A stretch of DNA of 64,000 nucleotides from Euglena gracilis (Eukaryota): NCBI GenBank assembly GCA_039621445.1, contig CP154954.1, positions 29,521,411-29,585,410 of the forward strand, given 5' to 3'. Of this stretch, positions 53,611 to 64,000 are shown one piece after another (position 1 is the stretch's first letter; each line of letters opens with the position of its first letter). The translations under genes and the position numbers were made by a program. The notes under the pieces are model-generated. The model was not told the DNA's origin, did no database searches, and saw only the letters and a list, made by a program, of their open reading frames with translations.

Positions 53611-56600
53611 TTTTTTTTTTGAAGGAATCCACTGAATCCGCTGTTTCCACGGTGGGTAGCACAGCTTCACCCAAACCGTGCCCCGGGCCCAGGGTAACGT
53701 CTCTTTTGGCCCTCGCCACAAGAGGAACCCCCTTGTGACTCCCTGTGCCGCCACAGGTCGCGGGTAGCTTATACTCTGGGTGTAATGTACAAAAGAGTGC
53801 TGAGGGATACTTGTTCAGGGTGCGGAGGTCAGCGGTTAGCGGAAGATGAGCAAAGGTCACCTTCAATATATATCGGGCGGGGTGGGCGGGGTGGGGGGGC
53901 GTTTGTTCCTCTTTGCCACCGGATGGCGTGTCTGTGCCGGGTTTTGGCTTTATTTGTTTCTCTGTTTTGTTTCTCTGCGTGTGCGTCTGTCTGACCCATT
54001 GATTTGCCTTTGGCTTGGCGTGTGGCTCTGCTCAGGGGGCTCAAGGCCTACAGACAGAATATGGTGAGTTTGAGTTTGCCTTTGGCTTGGCATGTGGCCC
54101 TGCTCAGGGGGCTCGAGGCCTTCAGACAGAATATGGTGAGTGGGCAGAAGACAAGGTGATCTCATCCTTGGAAGAATACAAGCTCCAAACGAGCTGTCTG
54201 CTGATTTCTCTGATCAGTGTGAAGGACAGGCCTTGCCAAATATCTGCTTCTGCGGCCCGCCGTTGCCACCCTTCCCGCTGCCCCAGAAGGGCTTTGAGGA
54301 GGGTGGCCATCAAGGAGCGCGCTTCTTGTCCCATGCCCCCGTAGCAATCCATGACGAATGGCATCAACCGCCAGCCCAGTCGTCGGCATGTTGCATCATA
54401 TTTGGCATGCTTTTCAGCTTCCTGGCGTGTTTGCCATTGTGACAGGCTCTCTGCACTTCGCAGCGGATGACTTTGCGCAAGGGTGTGGCGGACTGTCACA
54501 TCCACTGCAACGGGTCCATCACTGTCCAAGCGAGGAATGAAGATATCCCCAGGGCGGGAACGGTCATCGGCTCGTTGTTCTTTACGGGCTGTAAATCCTG
54601 CCTTCTGTGTTGTGGTTGTCAGAAAATCTTGGACAGCCCCGTGCCGCCGGGTAATGAAGTTTGATTTGCAGCAAACGAGGTGATGTCCGAGAAAATCTGA
54701 TTGTCCAAAGCATTTGGGACAGAGGTTGGATCGGATTCCGTTGGTGTGAGAGTCATTCCGAGGGACCAACGAAGTGTGCAGCGGAATTCAGCCGTGGGTA
54801 ACAGGGTGCGGAGTCCTTGAGATGGTGTCAAAGCGGCCCATGCCATAGCGTGTGGTTGGCATTGGCTTGCAAAGCGTACAGCATCAGGTCCATTCAATGT
54901 GTCCCGAAGTGTTTTCTGGCGGGCAAGCATGCTTTGCTGATTCCACCAACGTTGTGAATTGTGTGGAGACTGTGCCTGCGGGATCAAGTTTTTGTCACTG
55001 GCCCATTGTGGCAGTGGGGCCATTTGACCGAGTTCATTGAGGGCTGTCCGTAAACAATCGTCAACGTCTTTGGGAAGGATGTCCATGGCAGCGGGCAGGC
55101 CCAAGACAGAGGGAGCTCTTCGACAGAAGTCCACCACTTGAGACAATCTGGCGGGCGCACGTTGAAATAGTGGATCGGAGATTCCCAGTCCACCGCATCT
55201 GATGGCCAGGGAAACTTGCAACCATTCTTCTGGGGTGCAAGGGGAGCCGACCATGCTGCTGAATGTTTCCCGAATAATTCCCGACAATGTCTTGCATGCC
55301 GCTGTTGCAGAGGCGATTTTGCAGGCGCGCAAGAGGTCATTCACTTTGCAAGCGGATAAACAAAAACGAAGCAAGGTGAATTGCACATGCGATTGAGGTA
55401 GGTGCTGAAGTACTGTGCAGGAACGTCGGATGTCTTCAATGCGCTTATTCCATACTTCTTCACAGAAGCGGTCATCTTGGGGGTGGTGGACAGGGACCCC
55501 CAAAACTTTCAAACCTGAACCGGCAACAAAGGCGGTCAGTGGTATTTGATGCAAGGGGCTGTCCTGTGGCGTTCCCGGAGGAATGCAAGGGACACCTTCT
55601 GTTGATGTGAACGCTGGTCCCCACAAGCGACATTTTGCGGGGTTCACGGCCAACCCAAGCGCTGCTGCCTCGCGAATCAGAAATACAAGGGCATTGTGTA
55701 GTTGGGCTGGTGATCCCAGCAGATGGGCGTCATCCAAATACCATCCCTGCCATTCGACCAAGGGGGAGAGGCCCTCACACAGGTCTTGTACGCCCCAGGC
55801 GAAAGCTGCTGGTCCACATGGGTCGCCTTGCTGAGCCCCCCTCTGGGAAGGCAGACAATGGTTTCCACAATACAGCTTGCTGTGTTGGGCGTAGCACGAA
55901 TCCAGCCAAGGGCACACTTCTGGGCATCGTCTGCGGATGGATTGCAGGATTTTTTCTCGTGACAAAAAGTTGAAGGCATTCCTGAAATCCACTTGAAGCA
56001 GCCCCCAGCGATTGTCTCTGTCCGAGTGCAGAGTGTCCACTATTTGTTGGATTCCCATTGCGATCAGTGGACAAGCGTTCGGCACACCAACGCCACATTG
56101 TGGAGGACTCAGTTCTTTCAAAGCGTTTACCACTGTGGGATGACGCATGAGACATTTGCCAACCAATCGGCGGAGGGTTTCACCTGCTGCGATTGGGCGA
56201 GTGTCTTCATCACACACCTTTGTTTCCACAAGGTTTCCAAAAGCATCCTCTTCCATTGCTCTTTGTTTGTTCTGTTTTCGCAGAGGTGTCAGCCTGGCGG
56301 AGGAAAGAATTGGGGCCATGCTGGGGTGAACACCGTTTGTAATTGCCCGACAGATGAAGGTATCCAGCACCTCGAGGAGGTCTTCTCCACAAGCCCCTGG
56401 GTAGTCTCCAACCATGGCCTTGAGGTGGTCAGGTCTCAGGCCGGAAGGACCCGGCGCGGATTCCTTTGGGAACCCGAAGATGGCTTTGCGCAGATTTTGT
56501 AATCGCTCTTTTGTGCTTTCCGGGTCTGAAGGAAAGGTAATCGTTTGGGAAGAGTCGGACACTGGGATGTGCGGTGGAGGCTCTGGTGGGTGAAGGTCAC

Positions 56601-57627
56601 GTAGCCTTTGGATCACTTTTGGGTCACTGCTGTTTTGGACCCCCTCAGAGGTGAGCTCTCGGCAGGCTTTTGAAATAGCCCCGCGGCCAACAAGGCTTTC
56701 AATGCGGGAGAGGAACCGTTCTTCAGTTGCCTTGGCTGCCAGAGCTGTTTTTTGCCTTGTCTGTCTGCCTTGTTGCTTTTGTGGGAGACTGGAGTCCAGC
56801 CATGAATCAAACACAGGGCGGGTGAGATACAGGCGAGCGCGTTCTGCAATTTTTCTCCCCACCATCGCCCAGTTTGAACGCCCGCCACGCTGCAAAGGAC
56901 AAAGCACCGCTTTGGGGAAGGCCCACAAGGCGTGCAGGGTTTCCCAGCCAGGGTCCCTGTTGAAATGCTTCATCAGTTGCAGGTAGGTTTGATTGACATT
57001 CAGGAGGGCTCCACGTGGCAGGTATACAAGGGTGCCTCGATCGTCAAAAGAAATTTCCTCAAAAGAGGGATGAAGGGATGTTGGGCATGGAGCAAAGAAT
57101 GGCGTAACCCCAGCAATGTGATTTTGGCCAATGGGGCTTGGTGGGGGTCTAGCTGGGGCTGGTGACGATGCTGCTGCGGTTGTTGCCACTGAGGATGAAG
57201 AGCTGGCACCCAAAGGGGGGTTGGAGAAGTTGGAGAAGTTCAGGAAAGGCGTCGCTTGATTTGCTTGCATCCACATGGCTCCAACATCTGACGGGGGGAA
57301 GGATCCTGGTCCTTGGATGCCAATTGGGTTCGCCATGATGACCGTGGAGCACATTGAAGGGAGGCCCTGTTGGCCAAAGAACAACGGACCCGGCAGATTT
57401 GGGAACCAAGATCCCCTTTCCAAGGGTGACGCTGCGGGTGGTGTTGGTGCGGTCGGGGTGATGGAAATTTGTGATGCTGGCGCCATGTCAACGTCCTCAA
57501 TCGACACCAATGGGGGCTCTGCGGGTGGTGGTGCAGTAGGAGGGATGGAGATTTGTGATGCTGGCGCCATGTCAATATCCTCACCCGAAACAAATGGTGG
57601 GTCCGTAGCTGGCCCGGGGTTGCTTTC
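53611..57627 (-). mobile_element. CRE-clade non-LTR retrotransposon (RT + restriction-like endonuclease), probably 5'-truncated, with polyA tail and 9-bp TSD
   Basis: RT motifs APGPSGLRPDHL, RPIAAGETLRRLVGKCL, QCGVG, VDFRNAFN, GAQQGDP, WYLDD. C-terminal CPKC..HLVCC, RH, RPGD..VDVTV..EKHAKY. T10 at 53611-53620 is the polyA on the minus strand. TSD aacacagac at 53602-53610 and 57628-57636. Confidence 0.9.
54122..57627 (-). pseudogene. RT-RLE polyprotein of the CRE-like element, one frameshift near 54730
   Basis: ORF 54619-58443 (RT part) overlaps ORF 54122-54769 (Zn knuckle plus endonuclease) in another frame. Confidence 0.85.
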
Positions 57628-60600
57628 AACACAGACAGAATTTTGTGTAATTCCTAATTCCTCTGCTGTAATCTTAATCTCTTTCCCAGCGCCCACACTC
57701 CCCTCCTTAAAAAGCTGCCCCGGGCTAAACATGCCTTCGGCAAAAAGGCGCTGGGCGTTTTTTTCCCCGTTGACGAACACAATCTTGTATCTTTCTTTCT
57801 GTCTGTCTGTTTCATTTCTTTTTTTTCTCTGTGGGTGGGGCGGGGGTCGAAGGCCGGCCCTTAGGGGGGTCGGTCTCCTACAGCAGCAGGGGGGAGCAGC
57901 AGGCACCCGCACCGCCTTGGGCCGTTCTGGCGGGGGTTCCCCCCCAGAACAGCCCAAAGATACCCCTTGGGCCGTCATTTCTGGAATTTTTTTTTCTTCT
58001 CGTTTTCTCCCTCTTTTTTGCCCTTTTTTGCCTGTCCAGAGATGGGGGTCCAGGGGCTTGTGGGGGTCCTGGGGAGGGGGCTCGCAGGTGCAGCGGGAGG
58101 GGGTTACCACGGGAGGGCTTCGGCCACAGGCCTGGGAGGGGGGCCCAGCCCACGCCGTCCCGGCGGGCTTCGGCCACAACGCCTGAGGGCTTCGGCCCAG
58201 GCATACGGGAGGGGGACCCAGCCCACACCATCCGGGCGGGCTTCGGCCACAGCTGGTGAGGGCTTCGGCCCAGGGCATGCGGGAGGGGGACCCAGCCCAC
58301 ACCATCCCAGGCAGGGATTCGGCCTTAGCCCCTCGGGGCCTCCTTCGCCTTCTGTCGGCGCTCCTTCCTTCTCCTTCCTCTTGACTTCTCTGGCGAGCCT
58401 CCGCACTCGCCATGCCCCATGCCCCACTGGGGCCCAATGCCAACTTCCGTCATCACCATCTCCCGAATGTCCATCTCGACCATCTCCATGTCTGGAATGT
58501 CCATCCAGCCCATCCACATGTCTGAAATGTCCATCTCTGGCATTTCCATCCTTGGCATTCCCGTCTCTGGCATTTCCATCCTTGGCATTCACATCTCTGG
58601 CATTTTCATCCTTGGCATTCCCGTCTCTGACACGTCCTTCCACAGCATCCACCAGCCTGGCATCAGAGGCCACCCTGCCATGGGCCCTGAGCCTGCCACT
58701 AGCAGCTGCTGCTGAACGACTGGCACACCACGAACAGCCACAATCCATCAAAACTTGAATAATACTCCATCAGGTTGATGTTCACTCCTTCAGTCCACGC
58801 CTTCTTGATGATCTCCTGCATGCACATGCCATGCCTGATCCCGGCATGGCGGACAGCCGCCACGTGGCTGGTAGGCATGTTGTTTGACTGGAGTGTTCAG
58901 TTTGTGTAGGGGGTGTGGGCCTCACCACTCCCACAACCCCCTGGCGGCTGGCCCCTGGCGCCTGCAGGCCACTGGCTGGGATCCATCAATTCACCCAGAG
59001 GGCCTGGCACCCACCTGGGACTTTCCTTGTCACTTTTCATTGTAATCCCACTTCCCAATTCCCAGCGCTGGCACAAATCACAATACTTCCCAGAACTGAA
59101 CAACCAAAGTCAAACTGAATATGCTGCTTGCCACTGTAAACACAAACACAGACAGAATTTACTTCACCAAAATTATACGGTGGTGGGGCGAACCGAGTCC
59201 ACCGACCATTGGCACAGCCTACTGGATTTGAGTGTTCAGGGGAGAGGGAAGCTATGTACAGATGGGGCGACCCCATGGATAGTCAGAAGCGGTTAAGCGG
59301 AGGCAGAGGCCGCGGGGGCTTTAGTGGCCGGGGTACGAGGGTGACCGGGAGGCTGGGTGTGGGGAGTGATGCCGTTGCCCTGGTTTGTCGACGATGCGGT
59401 GGTGAGCGTGCTTCGGCTGGTTGATGGCCGAAGCGGCTGGGCCAGGCTGGTAGTGGAGCCGCTGGTAGACACTGGGACAGTTGCGGTTCGTCTCTTGTTG
59501 TTGTTCTGGGCTGTGCTGCTCTTTGTCTGCAGCGTGGCTTGGGTGTGGTGCGTGCTTTTGGCTGCTTGTTGTCCTTGTAGACGTCGTCTGTGTTAGCTAG
59601 TGCCACAGCGCGGTGGATGTGGTGGAGGTCAACGTAGGACGTGTTTGGGGCGCAGGAGCTGGATTATCTGACGAAACAAGGCCAGGGATAGGAGTTGGTA
59701 GCTCTCTGCCTGGCGATTGGAGTGGACGTCCCCTTGGTCCCAAGTTGTTGTTCGCTTGATCATGCGAGCGAGCAGCTTCGCACTCTCAGGTCCCAACCCC
59801 CCCCACGTTCCCAGGGCCAGGGTTGCGAAGGACCATCCGCCATTCCGGCATGCAACATCGTATTTAGTGTGCTTAGCTGCCTCCCGGCGCTTGAGGAAAG
59901 ACCTCCATCGCTCCCTGCTAACTCCACGTTCTGCCGACTGCCACCCGTGCGCCACGGTGATGTCGACCGCCGTGGGTTTACCATCCTGCCAGGATGCGAG
60001 CAGGAGGTCTGCAGGGCGTAGTGAAGCGTCTGGTTGGTTTGGGACCGGGACCTCTCGCTGGACACCTTGGCCGTTTGCGGACAGGAGGTTGAATAATGCG
60101 TCCTGAACGGCGTTGTGCCGGTTGGCGAAGTTGTTGCGTATGCAACACATGTCGTGGCCCCCGTGGATATCTGTGGGGGCTTGGCAACCCGCGCACACAC
60201 CGGGGGTGTCTGCCAGTGGGAGGCCTAGCCACCACTTCAGCCCAAGGCAATAATCAACAGGGTCGATCACCGTGTGTAGGGCACTGTTGGGCGTAGCAGC
60301 CATCCAGCCGTGTCCGACGCCGTTGGACTGCTCCAGGAGTCGTGCCTGATCTCGAGGTGCAATTCTGTCGATCAGCCCGTCAACTGTTGCGCGCGACAGC
60401 TGTGTTTGCCGCCACTTCTGGGAGGTGTCGTTGCTTGAGGCGGTTGCGAAGCTGGCGGAGTTCAGCAGGCGTCTGCTCTCAGGGTGATTAGGTCCCAGAG
60501 ATGAGCACAAGTCATTGGCAGCCTGTTGGCACATCCTGTCGTCAGGCTTTGCTGCGTAGTCGGGACACGCAACTTTCTTGTGTCCATGTGTGTGAAAGTT

Positions 60601-60875
60601 TGCCAAGGCTGCTGTCCGCGCGGCTCCTTGGCATGCGGCGGGATCTTTAACCCGCATCCGCCTTGTGCCAATGGCAGGGCTGCTTGCTGCCTTTGGTCTG
60701 CGCAAGGATGAGTCTTGGTCTTGTATTCTTGGGGGGGTACCAAGAGTGACCCAAGATTCTTGCCCCCCCACCCAAGACCCAAGATCTTGGGTGCAGGCAA
60801 TGCGAATGTGAAGAAACAAGATGCTCAACACCAAGTCTTGGCCCTTGCCATCACATGCATGGTGCTTCACAAGGA

Positions 60876-62790
60876 TCAAGATTTGCGTCGTTTTGCTAGG
60901 ATCTCATCTAGCAACGCCTCCTGTTTAGCACGATGCTTTTCACGCAAAGCAGAGTTGCGCTCAGGCTGTTTTTTTTTACCAACCCCGGGGGGGAGGGGGG
61001 TCAGAAGTGCCTTTGAGTGCCTGCCCAGGCAGGCACTACCCCCCCGGGGGGGGTTGGGTTTCGGCCTGTGCCCAGGCACTTTCCTTGGAAAATCGGCCAT
61101 TTTAGGCCATTTTTTTTTGCCTTCCGGCGCCTTCGGCGCCAGGGTGCCTTGCCAGGCACTTTTGGCCAAGTTTGTTGGAGCGCCTTGGGGTGCCTGCCCA
61201 CTAAAAAACAGCCTGGTTGCGCTTGGTCCTTTCTTCGGCCAGCTTTGGACATAGTTCATGGCAAGCCAGAGCTGTGACTCGCAGTGCGAAGCGGTTAGGC
61301 GAGCCCGCAACTTCGTGAACATCTTGCCCTGGATCGAGAAGCTCCTTTCAACGGCCGCTTCCGTCACTGCAGCCTCTCCAAGCGCCAGCGCGAACTGGGG
61401 TAGCTCAAATGCCGAAGTTGCTTTGATGGCAGGGTTGTAAAGCTATTTCAAAGATTCAGGGACACACAAACGGGTTGGCCAAATAACATTGTTCGCATGC
61501 CCAAAAGGTCGACATCGTTGGCTCACACAAGAAAGAAAACTTTAGTTTTGCGACGAGGTGCCTACCAACGAATGAAAATGTCACCGAAAACAACACTGGT
61601 CACATGCCCAGTACTCAGCGTAGGAGTCCGACGTTGATATCGTCCTCACCAGAAACCGACCGAGTTGTCCTGAAAAAGAAAAATAACCATTTCAGGTTAC
61701 ACGAACAGAGGCACACCAGCAAAGCACATGTCATTGAATCTCTCACCGCGTCTTGTGGCGTTGGCTTTGGCAGCTGCCGTGACGAGTGCAACCAGATCTT
61801 GCCGCTCAGCCTCGCTGTAGACGGCTTGTTGATCAACAGCCGGATCCAAAAACCTGAGGCCGAAAAATCAGTGAGGCAATTTTTTTTGATGAATGAGAAT
61901 ACCTGAAGCATTGGAACATGCCAAATCCAAAGTTCTTCGACAGACGTTGCTTGAATAACCGAAGAGCTTGTTCAGCCGCTGAAAAGAAATCGCGGTGGGA
62001 GGAGGCAGAAACGAATGTCACCTGCTGCATTTTGAAATGCTTTTGCATTATCAGCAACAATACAGAAGACAAACACCTCCTTGGAATCCAAATCTTGGAT
62101 GATTATTTCCAATTGCTTCAATATTTCAAGGGTGTTCAGGCATGGCACACGGAGGCTCCTCCAAAAATAAGATTTGCCCTCACAACCAATGGATACGTTC
62201 AATAATCTCATCCGGTTCAAGGTCCCCCCATCCACCAGGAGGAAAACGTTCTTACTGCGCAACCTGAAAAAATATTTTTGCATGCACGGTAAAAATGAAA
62301 AAAATACCTTTGCAAAAGAACATTCTCTGCATTACTCTTGAGCGTTTCGGTTGCGGATGCTAATTCATTTCGATCCATCTTCCGTGGGATTTGAACGCCG
62401 AAGGCGTCACGGAAGGACTCATCATCCACCAATTGGTAAGGAAGCCCATTTTGTGCAAACGCAAGGACAACTTTTTCCCTTTGTTGGCGATCAACTTCGT
62501 CCTTCATTCCGAAAGCACGAATGTCCATTTGACCTGAACCCTGTTCTTCTGCAGATCCCTCAACCGAGGCAAACTCCTTGCGGTGCACATCACGGATGTG
62601 AATACGCAATCCATTTGTGGAGAAATTGGTTGCCTTGATAATCTGATTACAAGGAACTTTGGTGAGGGCACCATCAACATTTGCATCAATTTCCAATGTA
62701 CACTTGTACAACTGGCCTTTCCAAGTCGCAGGTAAATCAGGCAAGGTCGTCTTATCAACGGCTTTGTAGAACTTCTTGAACACAGCCATG
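60876..62790 (-). pseudogene. hAT transposase remnant split by short GT-AG introns
   Basis: Starts MAVFKKFYKA. Removing GT-AG introns 62264-62307, 61979-62021 and 61854-61902 keeps the frame open (LLQR|LRSKN, QNAA|AAEQ, QCFR|FLDP). The CxxH motif and insertion domain are missing. Confidence 0.8.
60962..61215. mobile_element. CAG...CTG MITE inserted in the 3' end of the hAT transposase, perfect 8-bp TSD
   Basis: TIR CAGGCTGTTTTTT/AAAAAACAGCCTG; TSD gttgcgct on both sides. Confidence 0.9.
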
Positions 62791-64000
62791 ATAATGAGAA
62801 ACCTTCTGTGACGAAAAAATTTTTCGGCCGGGGTCCCAAGACCCAAGAATCTTGTCATTCTTGGGTACCCCCCCAAGAAGCAAGATCTTGGGGGGGTAAC
62901 CCAAGACCCAAGACTCATCCTTGGTCTGCGGTGAGTGCCTGCCCCAAAACGTCTTCGAAGGCCGCGAAGATGGTTTCCCCACATCGAGTGACCTCCGTTT
63001 GTGCCTGGTAGGAATCTGAAGCGCGCAAAAGGTGGTTAACGCGGCATCCGTCTAGGCAGGACCGTAGCAGGTGGTGGGCTAGTTGAGCATCGGCCACGGA
63101 GGTCACCAGGTCAGCTGCCTCTTCCAGTTTGGAGGTGGCGTCGGTCCAGGCTCGGATTGTCTGTTCAGCGGTTGTGGGGAAGTCCACCGGGCAGCCCAGG
63201 ATGGTGATCCCGGATCCAGGTTCCCAGGGGACAACTTGGATGTGCTCGCGGGACGGCAAGGATGAGGCGGCAGGGCCCCACGCCACACACTTGGCCAGAT
63301 TCAGCTGCACTCCTGTGCGTCCGGCTTCGTGCTGAAGGAAGTCCAGGCATTTCTGCAAGCCCTTCGGCTCCCCCACGAGTAGGCCGTCGTCCAGGTACCA
63401 GACAGACCATGACAGTTCGGCCTCTTTGCTGATGGTCTCCACGATAGGCTGCAGCCCAACGGCGAACCCGATTGGGCCCAGGGGGCAGCCTTGGTGTGTC
63501 CCCCGTGTAGAGGCGAGTGTGCGGCCTTCACTGAAGAGTGGTGCAGGCTGGCCATATGCGAACCGCATATAGTTGAAGAGGGCTGGTGTGCGCGTTTGGG
63601 CCTCTTGTAGGATGACGGTCCGGTCGAGGCAGTTGAACGCATTTTTCAGATCCACCTGTAGTACTGCCCAATTTCCGCCCACATATAGCCGCCTGATGAG
63701 GTTCTGCGCCCCCAACGCAATGGACTCGGCAGCGTTGGGTATGCCCACCCCTGCTTGCACAGGTGCCAAGCGGCCGACTTGATCCTTGGCAACCCCGGTA
63801 CGAAGGAGGGCCTTGCCCACCAATCTGCGCAATGTGTCCCCCACCGCGATGGGCCGCACACCATCGTCTTTTTTGCGCAATGGAGTCAGATTTGCTGCAC
63901 ACCACCAAGGTGCGTGGTCCGTGGGCAAGGCGCCATCCACCCACGCCGCAGTTAGCCCTGCAAGAGCCGTCAAGAGGCGAGCACCATGGCCAGGTCGCCG

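Larger units (their letters stand above)
53357..59166 (+). repeat. Pair of ~255-bp LTR-like direct repeats (53357-53610 + 57637-57643, split by the CRE element; 58905-59160)
   Basis: Both begin sharply at TGTAGGGGGTGTGGGC and match to ...acacagacagaattt. The second copy continues to ...acttCA. The 1.26 kb between them holds short tandem repeats (58090-58330, 58440-58640). Confidence 0.65.
60703..62923 (-). mobile_element. hAT-superfamily DNA transposon, internally deleted, 16-bp perfect TIRs, 7-bp TSD
   Basis: CAAGGATGAGTCTTGG / CCAAGACTCATCCTTG; gtctgcg on both sides; subterminal cccaaga repeats. Transposase remnants: BED-like finger (YKC...VPC...LRIHIRDVH), FAQNGLPYQLVDDESFR, LLVDGGT, IVADNAK, FLDP, and the C-terminal TEAAVERSFS....LRARL. 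Confidence 0.9.
59629..64000 (-). mobile_element. Second, divergent CRE-clade non-LTR retrotransposon, interrupted by a hAT element; runs off the window
   Basis: ORF 62915-63973: RPIAVGDTLRRLVGKAL, QAGVG, VDLKNAFN, GTHQGCPLGP, WYLDDG. The frame resumes below 60702 (ADQRQQAALPLAQGGCGL), with a frameshift near 60650. ORF 59629-60879 carries CAGC..HDMCC, RHNAV, RPADL..VDITV..KHTKY. Confidence 0.9.

Noticed and set aside
53300-59300. Spliced-leader RNA or 5S gene as the CRE target
   Set aside because: No match to a euglenozoan SL exon or 5S rRNA that I can recognise. No tRNA or rRNA genes were seen in the window.
1-64000. Most ORFs in the supplied track (Gly/Pro/Phe/Lys-rich)
   Set aside because: They arise from G/C and A/T homopolymer tracts in MITEs, differ in frame between the two duplicate copies, and show no protein motifs.

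Overview
Eukaryotic nuclear DNA, very probably from a euglenid. Positions 1-41.6 kb hold a near-identical tandem duplication (unit ~22.7 kb) of a 13-exon UDP-glucose 6-dehydrogenase gene. The complete copy, 22458-39993, splices to 475 aa. None of its 12 introns is GT-AG. They are euglenid-type nonconventional introns with base-paired ends, mostly exon|NNN-CAG...CTG-NNNNN|exon. Introns and intergenic DNA are packed with MITEs. Many MITEs end in CAG...CTG and have perfect 8-bp or 7-bp target-site duplications (TSDs). Positions 41.6-64 kb are a nested transposon cluster: a DIRS-like RT fragment, a ~160-bp satellite, two CRE-clade (RT plus restriction-like endonuclease) non-LTR retrotransposons, and an internally deleted hAT element whose transposase gene has short GT-AG introns. 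Main observation: the intron geometry (3+5=8 nt, or 3+4=7 nt, outside the paired stem) is exactly what is needed to splice out a CAG...CTG hAT/MITE insertion plus one TSD copy. Decayed TSDs are still readable at several UGDH introns, and intron 3 begins with the same 8 nt as the TIR of the hAT element in this window. This suggests a hAT/MITE-driven intron-generating system. All coordinates were read by eye; some junctions are ambiguous by 1-2 nt.
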